A DNA stretch of 64,000 nt from positions 285,644-349,643 of the forward strand of contig JBMNLI010000010.1 in NCBI GenBank assembly GCA_050952645.1. The letters run 5' to 3'. The notes under the pieces are model-generated. The model made no database searches. It was not told the origin of the DNA and saw only the letters and a program-made list of their open reading frames with translations. Both the position numbers and the translations under genes were made by a program. This document shows positions 43,420-53,836 of the stretch, one piece after another (within the stretch, counting starts at the first letter, position 1; each line of letters starts with the position of its first letter). This DNA comes from Bdellovibrionota bacterium (GTDB lineage: Bacteria > Bdellovibrionota_C > UBA2361 > CAKMMH01).

Positions 43420-43631
43420 TAGATAAGCGTCAGATGATTATAGTTAACTTGTTCTTGCGTCAGTGGAAAACCATCTGCTTGGGCAACCTTAGGAGCATTA
43501 TCCTGCGGGACAACTTTCTCAATCTTCTCTCCGCCTTTAGGGGCAGGATTTCCTTTTTGCCCAAAGCAAGTAGCACCAAAGAAAATAGTACACGCCAAAA
43601 ACCAAACGGCAACACAAAGTTTTTTATTCAC
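43404..43631 (-). pseudogene. Truncated 5' part of the secreted paralogue family
   Basis: Same N-terminus as the full paralogues; ends at LIYAKMM* where the full copies continue IYAEMM... Confidence 0.85.
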
Positions 43632-43769
43632 AACCTCCCCCTTTCTTCTAGAAATTCCTAGAAAAAAAGATGAATGAAAACCATAAAAAGCTTAAGCTAA
43701 ATAGAAAAGCTTTAATAAATTATGCTTTTTAAAAAAGCGTAACTTTTTCTAAAATACGAAACAATCAAT

Positions 43770-43806
43770 AAAAAAGGAGTTCCTTGATATATTATTAAGG
43801 AACTCC
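43770..43806 (-). terminator. Intrinsic terminator of partner paralogue 2
   Basis: GGAGTTCCTT/AAGGAACTCC hairpin plus T-tract on the minus strand. Confidence 0.8.
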
Positions 43807-43816
43807 AAATGATCAA

Positions 43817-44683
43817 TCACCGCTGATCACGTCTACGGTTATTGACGTTCTTACGGTTGTCGTTTGGCATTACTGCCTCTGGTATTTCGTCAGTGCCTCC
43901 TCTCTTACCCATAACATAAGCTTTACGTTCTCCATTTACTGACTTGAAGTAGTAGACTGTTTTTGGCTTACCCATACCAAGCTTATTTCCCCAGTAAGCT
44001 TTACTATCTTCGGAAAATTGCATACAAATGCCAGTGCAGATATCTTTTATCTGCCCAAGTACTTTGTCCGCTTTATCTATCGGCTCTTTTATCTCATCTG
44101 CTGCTTTTCGCGAGTACTTTTTTGTTATTTCCCAACCCCGAACAGAACATTCGCAAAAAAACTTTATTTCTGCAACAATATATAGAATCTCAGGGTCGTT
44201 CCACAAACTCGCTTCTAGTTGCTCCCTTGCAGACCGTCTTTTAGGCACGCCTTCTGGCATTCTAGTTTTAAGTTTTTCGGCAACTTTAAACAATTTCGAT
44301 GATTTCTCGCTCTCGCAATCTTTTTCAACTACGTTATCACCGTTCTCTATACCGATAGCTTGTATCTCATCTATCTTCTCTCGATATCTGGCAATACCCT
44401 CTTGAATAAAGCCAAGCCTTTTAAGCAAAGACCTATCCAAATACATAGTGTCTTTAATAGGCTCTCTCTTCATCATTTCAGCATAGATAACCGTCAGATA
44501 ATTATAGTTAAGTTGTTCTTGCGTCAGATTAGTATTCGGAGCGTTATTCTGAGCGTTATCCTGCGGGACAACTCTCTCTACCTTCTCTCCGCCTTTAGGG
44601 GCAGGATTTCCTTTTTGCCCAAAGCAAGTAGCACCAAAGAAAATAGTACACGCCAAAACGGCAACACCAAAAATCCTTTTCAT
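43817..44683 (-). CDS. Secreted helical hypothetical protein, paralogue 2
   Basis: Signal peptide; near-identical to 45318-46205. Confidence 0.85.
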   Translation of the reverse strand: MKRIFGVAVLACTIFFGATCFGQKGNPAPKGGEKVERVVPQDNAQNNAPNTNLTQEQLNYNYLTVIYAEMMKREPIKDTMYLDRSLLKRLGFIQEGIARYREKIDEIQAIGIENGDNVVEKDCESEKSSKLFKVAEKLKTRMPEGVPKRRSAREQLEASLWNDPEILYIVAEIKFFCECSVRGWEITKKYSRKAADEIKEPIDKADKVLGQIKDICTGICMQFSEDSKAYWGNKLGMGKPKTVYYFKSVNGERKAYVMGKRGGTDEIPEAVMPNDNRKNVNNRRRDQR

Positions 44684-44799
44684 AATCCTATCTCTCCTTT
44701 CTAGTAGAGATTAGGTGAAGAATTTGCAACTCAATTAAATCTTAACTGAACTGCAAATCCTAAAAAAAACCGTCCCTTAAAGGACACAATATAAGTTTT

Positions 44800-44828
44800 A
44801 TTATACTAAAAATAAGCTTTTTAGACAA
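44800..44828 (-). promoter_or_regulatory. Sigma-70-type promoter for paralogue 2
   Basis: TTGTCT-N17-TATAAT, duplicated at 46339-46367. Confidence 0.65.
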
Positions 44829-44850
44829 GAAAAATATATAATAAAAACAC

Positions 44851-44919
44851 TTAAGAAATTACACACCTGCCACTTTCGCACTTTAGTCTATCATTATCAC
44901 AATCTACATCATTTTCGCA
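44851..44919 (-). pseudogene. Orphan 3' end of a Cys-rich gene
   Basis: Own translation CENDVDCDNDRLKCESGRCVIS*; followed by the same promoter-containing DNA that follows the Cys-rich ORF stop at 46418. Confidence 0.65.
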
Positions 44920-45125
44920 TAGATAAGCGTCAGATGATTATAGTTAAGTTGTTCTTGCGTCAGTGGAAAACCATCTGCTTGGGCAACCTTAGGAGCATTA
45001 TCCTGCGGGACAACTTTCTCAATCTTCTCTCCGCCTTTAGGGGCAGGATTTCCTTTTTGCCCAAAGCAAGTAGCACCAAAGAAAATAGTACACGCCAAAA
45101 CGGCAACACAAAGTTTTTTATTCAC
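44904..45125 (-). pseudogene. Truncated 5' part of the secreted paralogue family (duplicate of 43404-43631)
   Basis: Near-identical sequence at a 1500-bp offset. Confidence 0.85.
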
Positions 45126-45260
45126 AACCTCCCCCTTTCTTCTAGAAATTCCTAGAAAAAAAGATGAATGAAAACCATAAAAAGCTTAAGCTAAATAGAA
45201 AAGCTTTAATAAATTATGCTTTTTAAAAACACAAATTTTTCCAAATACAAAACAATCAAC

Positions 45261-45304
45261 AAAAAAAGAGCTCCTTTAAAATACAGATGTATAAAAAGGA
45301 GCTC
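45261..45304 (-). terminator. Intrinsic terminator of partner paralogue 1
   Basis: GAGCTCCTTT/AAAGGAGCTC hairpin plus T7 on the minus strand. Confidence 0.75.
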
Positions 45305-45317
45305 AAATGTTGGATCA

Positions 45318-46205
45318 TCACTGATCACGTCTACGGTTATTGACGTTCTTACGGTTGTCGTTTGGCATTACTGCCTCTGGTATTTCGTCAGTGCCTCCTC
45401 TCTTACCCATAACATAAGCTTTACGTTCTCCATTTACTGACTTGAAGTAGTAGACTGTTTTTGGCTTACCCATACCAAGCTTATTTCCCCAGTAAGCTTT
45501 ACTATCTTCGGAAAATTGCATACAAATGCCAGTGCAGATATCTTTTATCTGCCCAAGTACTTTGTCCGCTTTATCTATCGGCTCTTTTATCTTATCTGCA
45601 GCTTTTCGCGAGTACTTTTTTGTTATTTCCCAACCCCAAACAGAGTCTTCGCAATGAAGCTTTATTTCTGCAACGATATACAGAATCTCAGGGTCGTTCC
45701 ACAAACTCGCTTCTAGTTGCTCCCTTGCAGACCGTCTTTTAGGCACGCCTTCAGACATTCTAATTTCAAGGCTCTCAGCAACTTTAAACAATTTCGATGA
45801 TTTCTCAGTCTCGCAATCTTTTTTTACTACGTTATCATCGTTCTCAATACCTATAGCTTGTATCTCATCTATCTTATCTCGATAGATGGCAATACCCTTT
45901 TGAATAAAGCCAAGCCTTTTAAGCAAAGACCTATCCAAATACATAGTGTCTTTAATAGGCTCTCTCTCCATCATTTCAGCATAGATAAGCGTCAGATGAT
46001 TATAGTTAACTTGTTCTTGCGTCAGTGGAAAACCATCCGCTTGAGCATCAGCCTTATTATGAGCGTTATCCTGCGGGACAACTCTCTCTACCTTCTCTCC
46101 GCCTTTAGGGGCAGGATTTCCTTTTTGCCCAAAGCAAGTCTGCAAAGTGCCAAAGGAAATAATGCACACCCAAAACCAAACAGCAACATGTTTTTTTTTA
46201 CACAT
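45318..46205 (-). CDS. Secreted helical hypothetical protein, paralogue 1
   Basis: Likely start MCKKKH (ATG 46205, RBS GAGG); signal peptide...CFGQKGNPAPKGG. Confidence 0.85.
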   Translation of the reverse strand: MCKKKHVAVWFWVCIISFGTLQTCFGQKGNPAPKGGEKVERVVPQDNAHNKADAQADGFPLTQEQVNYNHLTLIYAEMMEREPIKDTMYLDRSLLKRLGFIQKGIAIYRDKIDEIQAIGIENDDNVVKKDCETEKSSKLFKVAESLEIRMSEGVPKRRSAREQLEASLWNDPEILYIVAEIKLHCEDSVWGWEITKKYSRKAADKIKEPIDKADKVLGQIKDICTGICMQFSEDSKAYWGNKLGMGKPKTVYYFKSVNGERKAYVMGKRGGTDEIPEAVMPNDNRKNVNNRRRDQ

Positions 46206-46338
46206 AACCTTCCTCCTCTCTTCTAGAAATTCCTTGAAAAAGAGAGCAGATGAAAACCATAAAAGAATTTGCAAGTCAATTAAATCTTAACTGTAAATCC
46301 TAAAAAAACCGTTCTTTAAAGAACACAACATAAATTTT

Positions 46339-46367
46339 ATTATACTGAAAATAAGCTTTTTAGACAA
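46339..46367 (-). promoter_or_regulatory. Sigma-70-type promoter for paralogue 1
   Basis: TTGTCT-N17-TATAAT. Confidence 0.65.
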
Positions 46368-46417
46368 GAAAAATATATAATAAGAACACTTAAAAATTAG
46401 CACTTAAAAACATCTTT

Positions 46418-49400
46418 CTATTTTCTTTGACAAGTCCTAGTAGCGCCATTGCAACTAGCCCCTACACATAATTCACAAGTTAGACCTTCACAACATATCG
46501 TACCGCCTTGAAAGTTATCTCCTTCATAAAAACAAGACATCCCTTCACTATAACAGGAGCCAAAGCCACAGCAATATTTATTATCGTACTGGCATAAATA
46601 ATACTTATATTGCGTATTATGCTTACTACAAGAATTAGCATCACAATCTTCTCTTATACACCCAGGATGTATATCTTCACAAACATTATTTTTACATTCT
46701 TTTCCATCTTCGCAACATACGCCATTACATAAATCTTGAGAGCAACAATATTGTTCGTTATATATTCTACCAGTTTTACAACACGCTTTTTTACCGCTAC
46801 TATCTGTATACTCTGTTTCATCGCTAGAACAACCACACCTAGCACCACCACCTTCGCCTATACATCTATTTACAGGACAACATTGCCCTTCACCGCCACA
46901 CATTATATCTAGCTCTCCAGGGCAACACGCTCCACCAGCTCCATAATTACTACCCTGATTTTTGGTTTCTGTATAATTTGGAGCATCTACACTACAACAT
47001 TGACCTAAATATTCATTATAATCTACATTTGTAGGGCAACAAGCAAATTCTTTTGTATCCCAATTACTGTATGCACAATGCTCATTATTTTTACAACAAA
47101 AATCACCACACATTCCACCACTATTTTCTTCTGCAAGTGGATTGCAACAAACTTCTAAATATTCACCCGTAGAACTATTTACATTTCGCCCAAAATGCCA
47201 GCTATTTGGATTAGCACAACAGCCTTGCGAGCCGCCTTCTGGTTTCTCATAAACTTCTCCATCACAACAAGCTTGAGTGCCATCGTCTTCTTTATTATAA
47301 ACTTTACCATCTCCACAGCATAAGTAAGCACTAGCTGCGAAATCGCTACTATAATTTCCCGGCTTCTCTTCTCGTTCAGACACTAGCCTTGCACATTTAT
47401 TAGCATCACAACATGCACCACCACAATGAACTTGTCCCTCTTTTCCGCAACACGTTTGAACCGCTAATCTTTCGAATTCTATCTCCCCAGTTTCTTCATT
47501 TATTCCAACTTTAAAAGATCTTATTGTGCCTTTTATATCGGTGCAATATTGATCCTTTTCACAACAAGCAGCGCGGCAGAGAAGTTCTTCTTGGTCATCA
47601 CAACAAACTTCATCGCCTTGCATATTATAACCTGTAAATTTAGGAGAATTATCTGGGCAACAAACCGTCTTAGGATAACTTTCGCCTTCATCTTCTATGA
47701 TCTCTCCCGTCTCATTTCCAACACTATCTTCAGGGCATTCCGAATCACATACAAAAGATTTGTTATCATATACATCTATTACATACCCTGCCGTCTGTCC
47801 ATCTTCACAGCATAATTTTTCATCATTATTTCCTTCAAAATAATTATCTTCTTTGCAACAACTATCTCCTGGTTCTCCATTTTCTTTATCACAACACCCA
47901 TTATTTTCGCCACCACTAGGATCATTTTCTCCACTAGGATCTAACATGCACACATAACCGCTAGGACATAAACACCCAGACACACTTAATGACGAACTAC
48001 TAGAATATTCTTCAGGATTTTCTCTAGAACTAAGAAGAAGATTTAGATGACTCTAAGCTAGATTGACTACTAATATAAAAATTACTTCGAGACGAACTAC
48101 TTTTACTAGATGACGCAGACACTCTACTTAACGAAGACGAAACACTTCCTAGAGATATAGAAAAACTACTAGGTGCCGAAGAATAATTGCTAGACTTACT
48201 AGACAATGAAGAACCACTAAATAAAGAACCGCTAGATATACTAGATACAGATGATATAACACTACTTAAGCTACTAAAAGAACTACTACTAGGTGATAAA
48301 CTTTTACTACTTAAAGAACTTAAGCTACTACTACTAGGCGATAAACTATTTTTGCTAGATGACGATGAACTCTTACTAAAAGAACTACTACTAGGTGATA
48401 AGCTGCTTTTGCTTGATGAACTGCTCTTACTACTAGAAGATGAACTCTTACTAGAACTACTACTAGGTGAACTACTCTTGCTCGAACTGCTTTTACTAGA
48501 ACTACTTGACGATGAACTCTTACTAGAACTTAATGAAATAGACGACGAACTACTCTTACTACTAGAAAATGAACTCTTACTAGAACTACTACTACTTAAT
48601 GAACTCTTTGAACTGCTGCTAGGTGAAGAACTCTTACTAGGTGAACTACTAGAACTACTTTTACTAGATGAACTTGATAAGCTACTTTTACTACTTAACG
48701 ATGAACTCTTATTTGAACTAGAACTTAAAGAACTGCTACTAGACGAACTGCTCTTACTAGAAGAAGAACTTAAACTTAAAGAACTGCTAGATGAACTACT
48801 CTTATTTGAACTAGAACTACTCTTGCTACTAGACGAAGAACTCTTACTAAAACTTGAACTTAGAGAACTAGAAGAACTACTCTTACTTGAACTAGAACTA
48901 ATAGACGACGAACTCTTACTACTAGATGATGAACTCTTGCTAGATGAGCTACTACTTGGCGAACTACTCTTACTTAATGATGAACTCTTACTAGAAGAGC
49001 TAGACGAACTACTACTACTTGGCGATAAGCTTGAACTTAGAGAACTAGAAGAACTACTCTTGCTAGAACTTTTGCTACTAGATAATGAACTTGAAGGTGA
49101 ACTTAAAGATGAGCTAGAACTACTTAAACTACTACTACTAGAAAAACTTGAAGAAATGCTACTACTAGATGCACTGCTACTAGATAAACTGCTTCTACTA
49201 GACGATGAACTGCTAGATGATGAACTACTACTAGACGAACTCCCCTTAGGTGAACTAGATGTATCGAAAATTTGCGCAGTCCTAAAAAAACCTACATGAA
49301 ACGAATCTGCTATGAGAGGCTCATCATCTAACAACTTAAATATATCTAATATTATACCAGACTTAATAAAAATCTTCCCTCCCTTCATTGTCCTAAGTTT

Positions 49401-50007
49401 TATCGTCTCACTTTCTTTATCAACGGGAACAAAATCTACATATTTTTCCTTCCTCCACAAACTCCCAGGGAGTTTAGTAGTCTTTATACTATCATTATCT
49501 AATTTTATACCAGGAATTAAAATACCATACTTAGCTATACACGGCTCCCCTCTTAACTCAAAATATTTAAAGCCTAGTTGCTTAGGTGTCGCCACCTTTT
49601 TCGATAATGCTAAATTATAAGCCGTAATCCAAAATTTACATATAGTAGGACAATCTTTAGATAGAGCTTGCACCTCAGGCACTTCGCATACTTCATCTAT
49701 TTCACTTCGAGTTTTCCCCCTTACAGACTCACAATTAGGAACGTCTGTATCTCTTAAACCGTCTAGGCAATACTCTCTTAAGGCTACCATAAAATGAGGT
49801 GAAACATCGACTACAAATTGCACTGGCCTATTTTCTACAGCTATTAACAAGTCTAGATTTCTCTCATTTAAACATACTATATGAAAAACAAATACGAAAA
49901 CATGCGTCACTACCCATGTAAGTGCAAAATAATAAAAACAAACTATAGCCTGTTTCTGTTAAAATACTACCACGACTCGAATGAGACTTTTTATATTTAT
50001 TTTTCAT
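46418..50007 (-). pseudogene. ~1195-aa TadE/pilin-like N-terminus, Ser-rich stalk and Cys-rich tip, split by two +1 frameshifts
   Basis: ORFs 49864-50082, 48030-49910 and 46418-47983 join by deleting one base near 49949 and one near 48032, giving MKNKYKKSHSSRGSILTETAIVCFYYFALTWVVTHVF... and ...SKSSSSSRENPEEYSSSSSLSVSGCLCP... Confidence 0.75.
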
Positions 50008-50485
50008 CAAATTTTTATTTTGAAAGAAATTTTTAAAGAAATCTTTCAATCGACTGTTTGAGGTTAAAAAAAACTTTAACATAAGAAGATTTTTTACTTT
50101 TTTTATATATTATATTAAATTTATAACCTTTCACTTTTTAAGGTGAGCAAATTATGTACTATACGACAACTACACGATATAAGTCTAAAATCAAGCCTCG
50201 CAAAAATTTTTATTTTCGCTAGCAAAATTTTTCACTCTTTACGTTTTAAGGTGGCTTTAAAACTCCACTAAATAATATAAATTTTATAACACTTACATAC
50301 AAATAACAAGATTAAAAATCTTTAGTCTCTACAAAGTTTTGATACTCTCTAATTGTTATCACCTTCGGAGTTTTTAGTTTCATTTATTTTTATTTTTTTT
50401 AATTCTTATATTTTTTAGCAAATTTTAACATAGCAGCTAATTTAAAAGCTAATAGGTAAAAAAAAATTTCGGGGTTTTAAATTTT

Positions 50486-50767
50486 AGCTCTTCACGTTTT
50501 GAGTGGGTTAAAGTCTATCTTCTAATAAATTGACAAAATTATTTTGTTCTTCACTTTTAAAGGTGATTTAAGACCTTAAAATTAGTACCATTCACCCCAT
50601 GAAGCCCAAAGAAAATTGACTTTAAAGGAATTTGCATAAAATAAATTACTTTAAATATAGTTGTAATTTTTCTTTAAACTATAGATAGTTTTCTATAAAA
50701 GCCAATTTTCTTTTAAGCTAACCCTAAAAAAACTATTTTCCTAAGCCCACTTAAAACGTGAAGAACC
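50486..50767. mobile_element. ISL3-ended MITE (282 bp) with 8-bp TSD TAAATTTT
   Basis: AGCTCTTCACGTTTTGAGTGGG...CCCACTTAAAACGTGAAGAACC; identical 8-bp flanks. Confidence 0.85.
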
Positions 50768-50779
50768 TAAATTTTTCTC

Positions 50780-52921
50780 TTAAACTTTTACTATTTTAGT
50801 TTTTGAAAATTTATCGTGAATAGAGTTTTGCCCTAAAAGACCTAACGTTAATAATATGCTAATAGGAGTGCAAAGAACTCTTACTAAAACTTGCCTAATT
50901 TTAGGAAGAGTGCCATCTGCGCTCTTTAACTCATATGATAGCAATTTTAGCCCTATAGTAGTTTGAAAAATTGAATAAGCTATAGCATAATAAATAAGCG
51001 ATATCACTATTAAGGATTTAATAAAAACAAAACTAAGCTCTATAAAATGTATAGGATTATCTAAGAGTGCTCTAAAGCCGCTAATATCTTTTCTTATTAT
51101 AATCAAAGAACAAACTAGACATACGAAACATAAAAAACTAATATCGATAAAAAATGCACCATACCTAACTAATAGTGTAGCGTCTCTTTGTGGAGTAGTA
51201 AAAAATCCCTGCTCTTCTCTTAGAGTGCTCTCTTTGCTATTTTTAAAAGCATTTTTCGCATTTATCTTTTCTTCAAATTTTTCCAAACCTTTTTTTACAC
51301 TATTTCTTATATTTTCAAAAATACTTATATTCTTTTTTTCTTCATTCTTAAAAACTCTTTTTTCCTTTTCACTTCTCTCTTTTGCTCTAATACTACTGTA
51401 ATCCCTGCGACCTTTCTCGTAATCTTTCCTATAATCTTTGCCGTAATCTTTGCCGTAGTAATCCTTATTGTAATCTTTATAATAATCTTTACTGCGGTCT
51501 TTTTCGTAATAAAACTCATCTGCCGAGGATTTTAGCATTTCATTTCTCATATCTTCTAAGTCTAAATCATTATTTATTTTATTTTGAGATATAATATCCT
51601 CTCTTATATTTTGTTTTAAACTTAAAACTTGCGATAAAATGGCATCTTCCATGCTACGCGTTAAACTTTCATCTGCTAGCTCGAAAAGGTCTTCTATCCC
51701 TTCGGGGTCATCGATAATTAAAGCATCTTCATCTATATCGACATCTTCTTCAGGGATTGATACATCTGAAAAAGCTGCAAGGTAAAGTTTATCTATTTCA
51801 GATAGCTCAGTTTGTTGTTCGCAATGTGATTTATGTTTTTTTCTTTTAAACCTATCTGGTAAAATGTTTCGCCCTAAGACCAAATTAAAATGGCTTATCT
51901 TAAGTTCTAACTGTTTTATATTATCGTTATATGCAGAAAAATTTAAAGGCTGGTATACTCGCATTATATCTTTCGTTTCGCTTTGCTTATCTTTTGAATC
52001 TACCCATTTAACATCTTGTATATCTTCGAGGTCATCACCTAGAAAAGCATCGTTCGTTTTATTTTCTACTCTATTATTTGTTAAATTATTTGTTAAGTTA
52101 TTTGTTAAGTCGCTTGCTAAACCATTTGTCAAGTCGCTTAAAGATTCCTCTATTTGCTCTTTAACTATTCTTTCTTTTAATGTTTCTTGCGTTAATGTTT
52201 CTTGCGTTAATGTTTCTTGTTTAAATGTTTCTTGTTTTAAAGCATCTTGTTTAAACGTCTCTTGAAGCTCTCCTATATCTTTCAAAGGGGCGTTTATAAT
52301 TTTCGTTTTTTGTTTTTTATCTTGTGATAGTATAAAGTTAGCTTTCTTTCTTAGCTCTTCTCTTTGCTTAGCTTCCTGTTTTTTAATTAACTCTTTTTCT
52401 GCTTTACTTAAACCAAAAATTTTTGCTAAGAAAGGATGTCTTCTTTTTATATTGCCTTTTACATTATCATTTATATTATTATTTATATTACCGCCTAAAT
52501 TACCGTTTAAATCATTACTTAAATTTTTACTTAAATTATTGTTTAAGTTATTACTAGAAGCGTTTGGTCTTGCGTTATTTTGGGTATTTATATTTTGTGT
52601 ATTTATATTTTGTGTATTTAATTGCTCGCTTTCATTATCGGTATTTTCTAATGGGATTGATATATTTAAGTCGCCCTCTTTAGCTTCTCTTAAAGATGAT
52701 TTACTATTAGCTGATGGATTGTTTATAAATTCTCTTTGATGGATATTATCGTTTACTCTTTTAATTTCTTCTAATAGTTCATCTTCATTAAAAGAAAAAC
52801 TATCAATTTTATTATTATTATCATTATGCTTTAAGTCTGAATTACTATTAGTCTTAGCAGAGCCCTTTAATAATTGCTCCTCTAGTGCTAAAAGCAAATC
52901 ATCATTACTAGCTATCGACAT
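50780..52921 (-). CDS. RDD-family membrane protein with long low-complexity N-terminus
   Basis: C-terminal ATLLVRYGAFFID...QTTIGLKLL...R...IHDKFSKTKIV. Confidence 0.8.
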   Translation of the reverse strand: MSIASNDDLLLALEEQLLKGSAKTNSNSDLKHNDNNNKIDSFSFNEDELLEEIKRVNDNIHQREFINNPSANSKSSLREAKEGDLNISIPLENTDNESEQLNTQNINTQNINTQNNARPNASSNNLNNNLSKNLSNDLNGNLGGNINNNINDNVKGNIKRRHPFLAKIFGLSKAEKELIKKQEAKQREELRKKANFILSQDKKQKTKIINAPLKDIGELQETFKQDALKQETFKQETLTQETLTQETLKERIVKEQIEESLSDLTNGLASDLTNNLTNNLTNNRVENKTNDAFLGDDLEDIQDVKWVDSKDKQSETKDIMRVYQPLNFSAYNDNIKQLELKISHFNLVLGRNILPDRFKRKKHKSHCEQQTELSEIDKLYLAAFSDVSIPEEDVDIDEDALIIDDPEGIEDLFELADESLTRSMEDAILSQVLSLKQNIREDIISQNKINNDLDLEDMRNEMLKSSADEFYYEKDRSKDYYKDYNKDYYGKDYGKDYRKDYEKGRRDYSSIRAKERSEKEKRVFKNEEKKNISIFENIRNSVKKGLEKFEEKINAKNAFKNSKESTLREEQGFFTTPQRDATLLVRYGAFFIDISFLCFVCLVCSLIIIRKDISGFRALLDNPIHFIELSFVFIKSLIVISLIYYAIAYSIFQTTIGLKLLSYELKSADGTLPKIRQVLVRVLCTPISILLTLGLLGQNSIHDKFSKTKIVKV

Positions 52922-53134
52922 AAAACGCCTTTACAAAAATTTTAAGATAAAAAACATCACAGATTTACAAAATGTTATGATATTTTACCAATAATTTCAA
53001 TAGAATATTTAATGGTCTACTAGTTTTGTTTGAAAGTAGAATTCACACCTCACACAAAGCCAAAATACCTTCTGTTGTTTATATCAAAAGATAAGCTATT
53101 TTAAATATACCTAAATTCCCATTTTTTATATAGT

Positions 53135-53729
53135 CTACACTTTAGTATTTATTATTTTGTCGATAAAAATCTTCTGGTCAATTTCTAATGCATCTAAAAT
53201 ATCCTTTTGTTTTTTTGTTAATGGCCGTAGTAGTATGCTTAAATTTTTATTATCTATACGTCTAATCATTTTAAGTGCCTCTAAAATTCTATGAATAGTT
53301 TTTTCTACTTTTTTATTATTCTTATTTATAGTTCTTTGTAAGTCTGACCACATAATTAAGCTAAGAAAAGAAATAAAGCTTTTGCCGTCAGTAGTTTTTT
53401 CATTATGCGTTAGCATACGATCATTATCTAATTCATTTTTTAAATTATCAAAAGCTTTCTCTGCAAAGTCTCGTCGCGAATAAATAAGAAGTGCTTCTTG
53501 TGGTGTCATTGCAGAGCGGTTGCTTAAAAAAGCAAAAACTCCTAGCATAGGTAAGATATCTGTAATTTTTTCATGATCTTTTTCATAGCTTTTTAACTGT
53601 GCTTCTTTATTAGTCTCTATTTTATAATATTTAGAGTAGCGACTCATGCTTGCAGGCTTTTCCTTTTCTGTCTTTTTTATACGAAATCCTTTTTTTTGGA
53701 ATTGGAATTGAAATCTTTAATAAAGCCAT
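53135..53729 (-). pseudogene. IS1634-like transposase with large internal deletion
   Basis: N-terminal MALLKISIPIPKK... is joined out of frame to C-terminal YSRRDFAEKAFDNLKN...GKSFISFLSLI...PLTKKQKDIL. Confidence 0.85.
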
Positions 53730-53836
53730 TTTGCCTCCTATTTTATTATCAAAAAGTTAAAATTGTCTCCTTTTCTGTAGACTATAGAAGTGTAGTCACA
53801 AAGCAAAAAATGCCAATAGTTTTTGTTTAAAAATTT

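Noticed and set aside
43434..46226. Repeated plus-strand ORFs within the paralogue array
   Set aside because: Antisense to genes that have signal peptides, promoters and terminators; they recur only because the DNA is duplicated
42135..47983. Diversity-generating retroelement (TR/VR pair)
   Set aside because: No reverse transcriptase in the window, and differences between copies are not restricted to adenines
48187..49299. 370-aa Leu/Glu-rich plus-strand ORF
   Set aside because: Antisense shadow of the poly-Ser codons (AGT/TCT/TCA) on the minus strand
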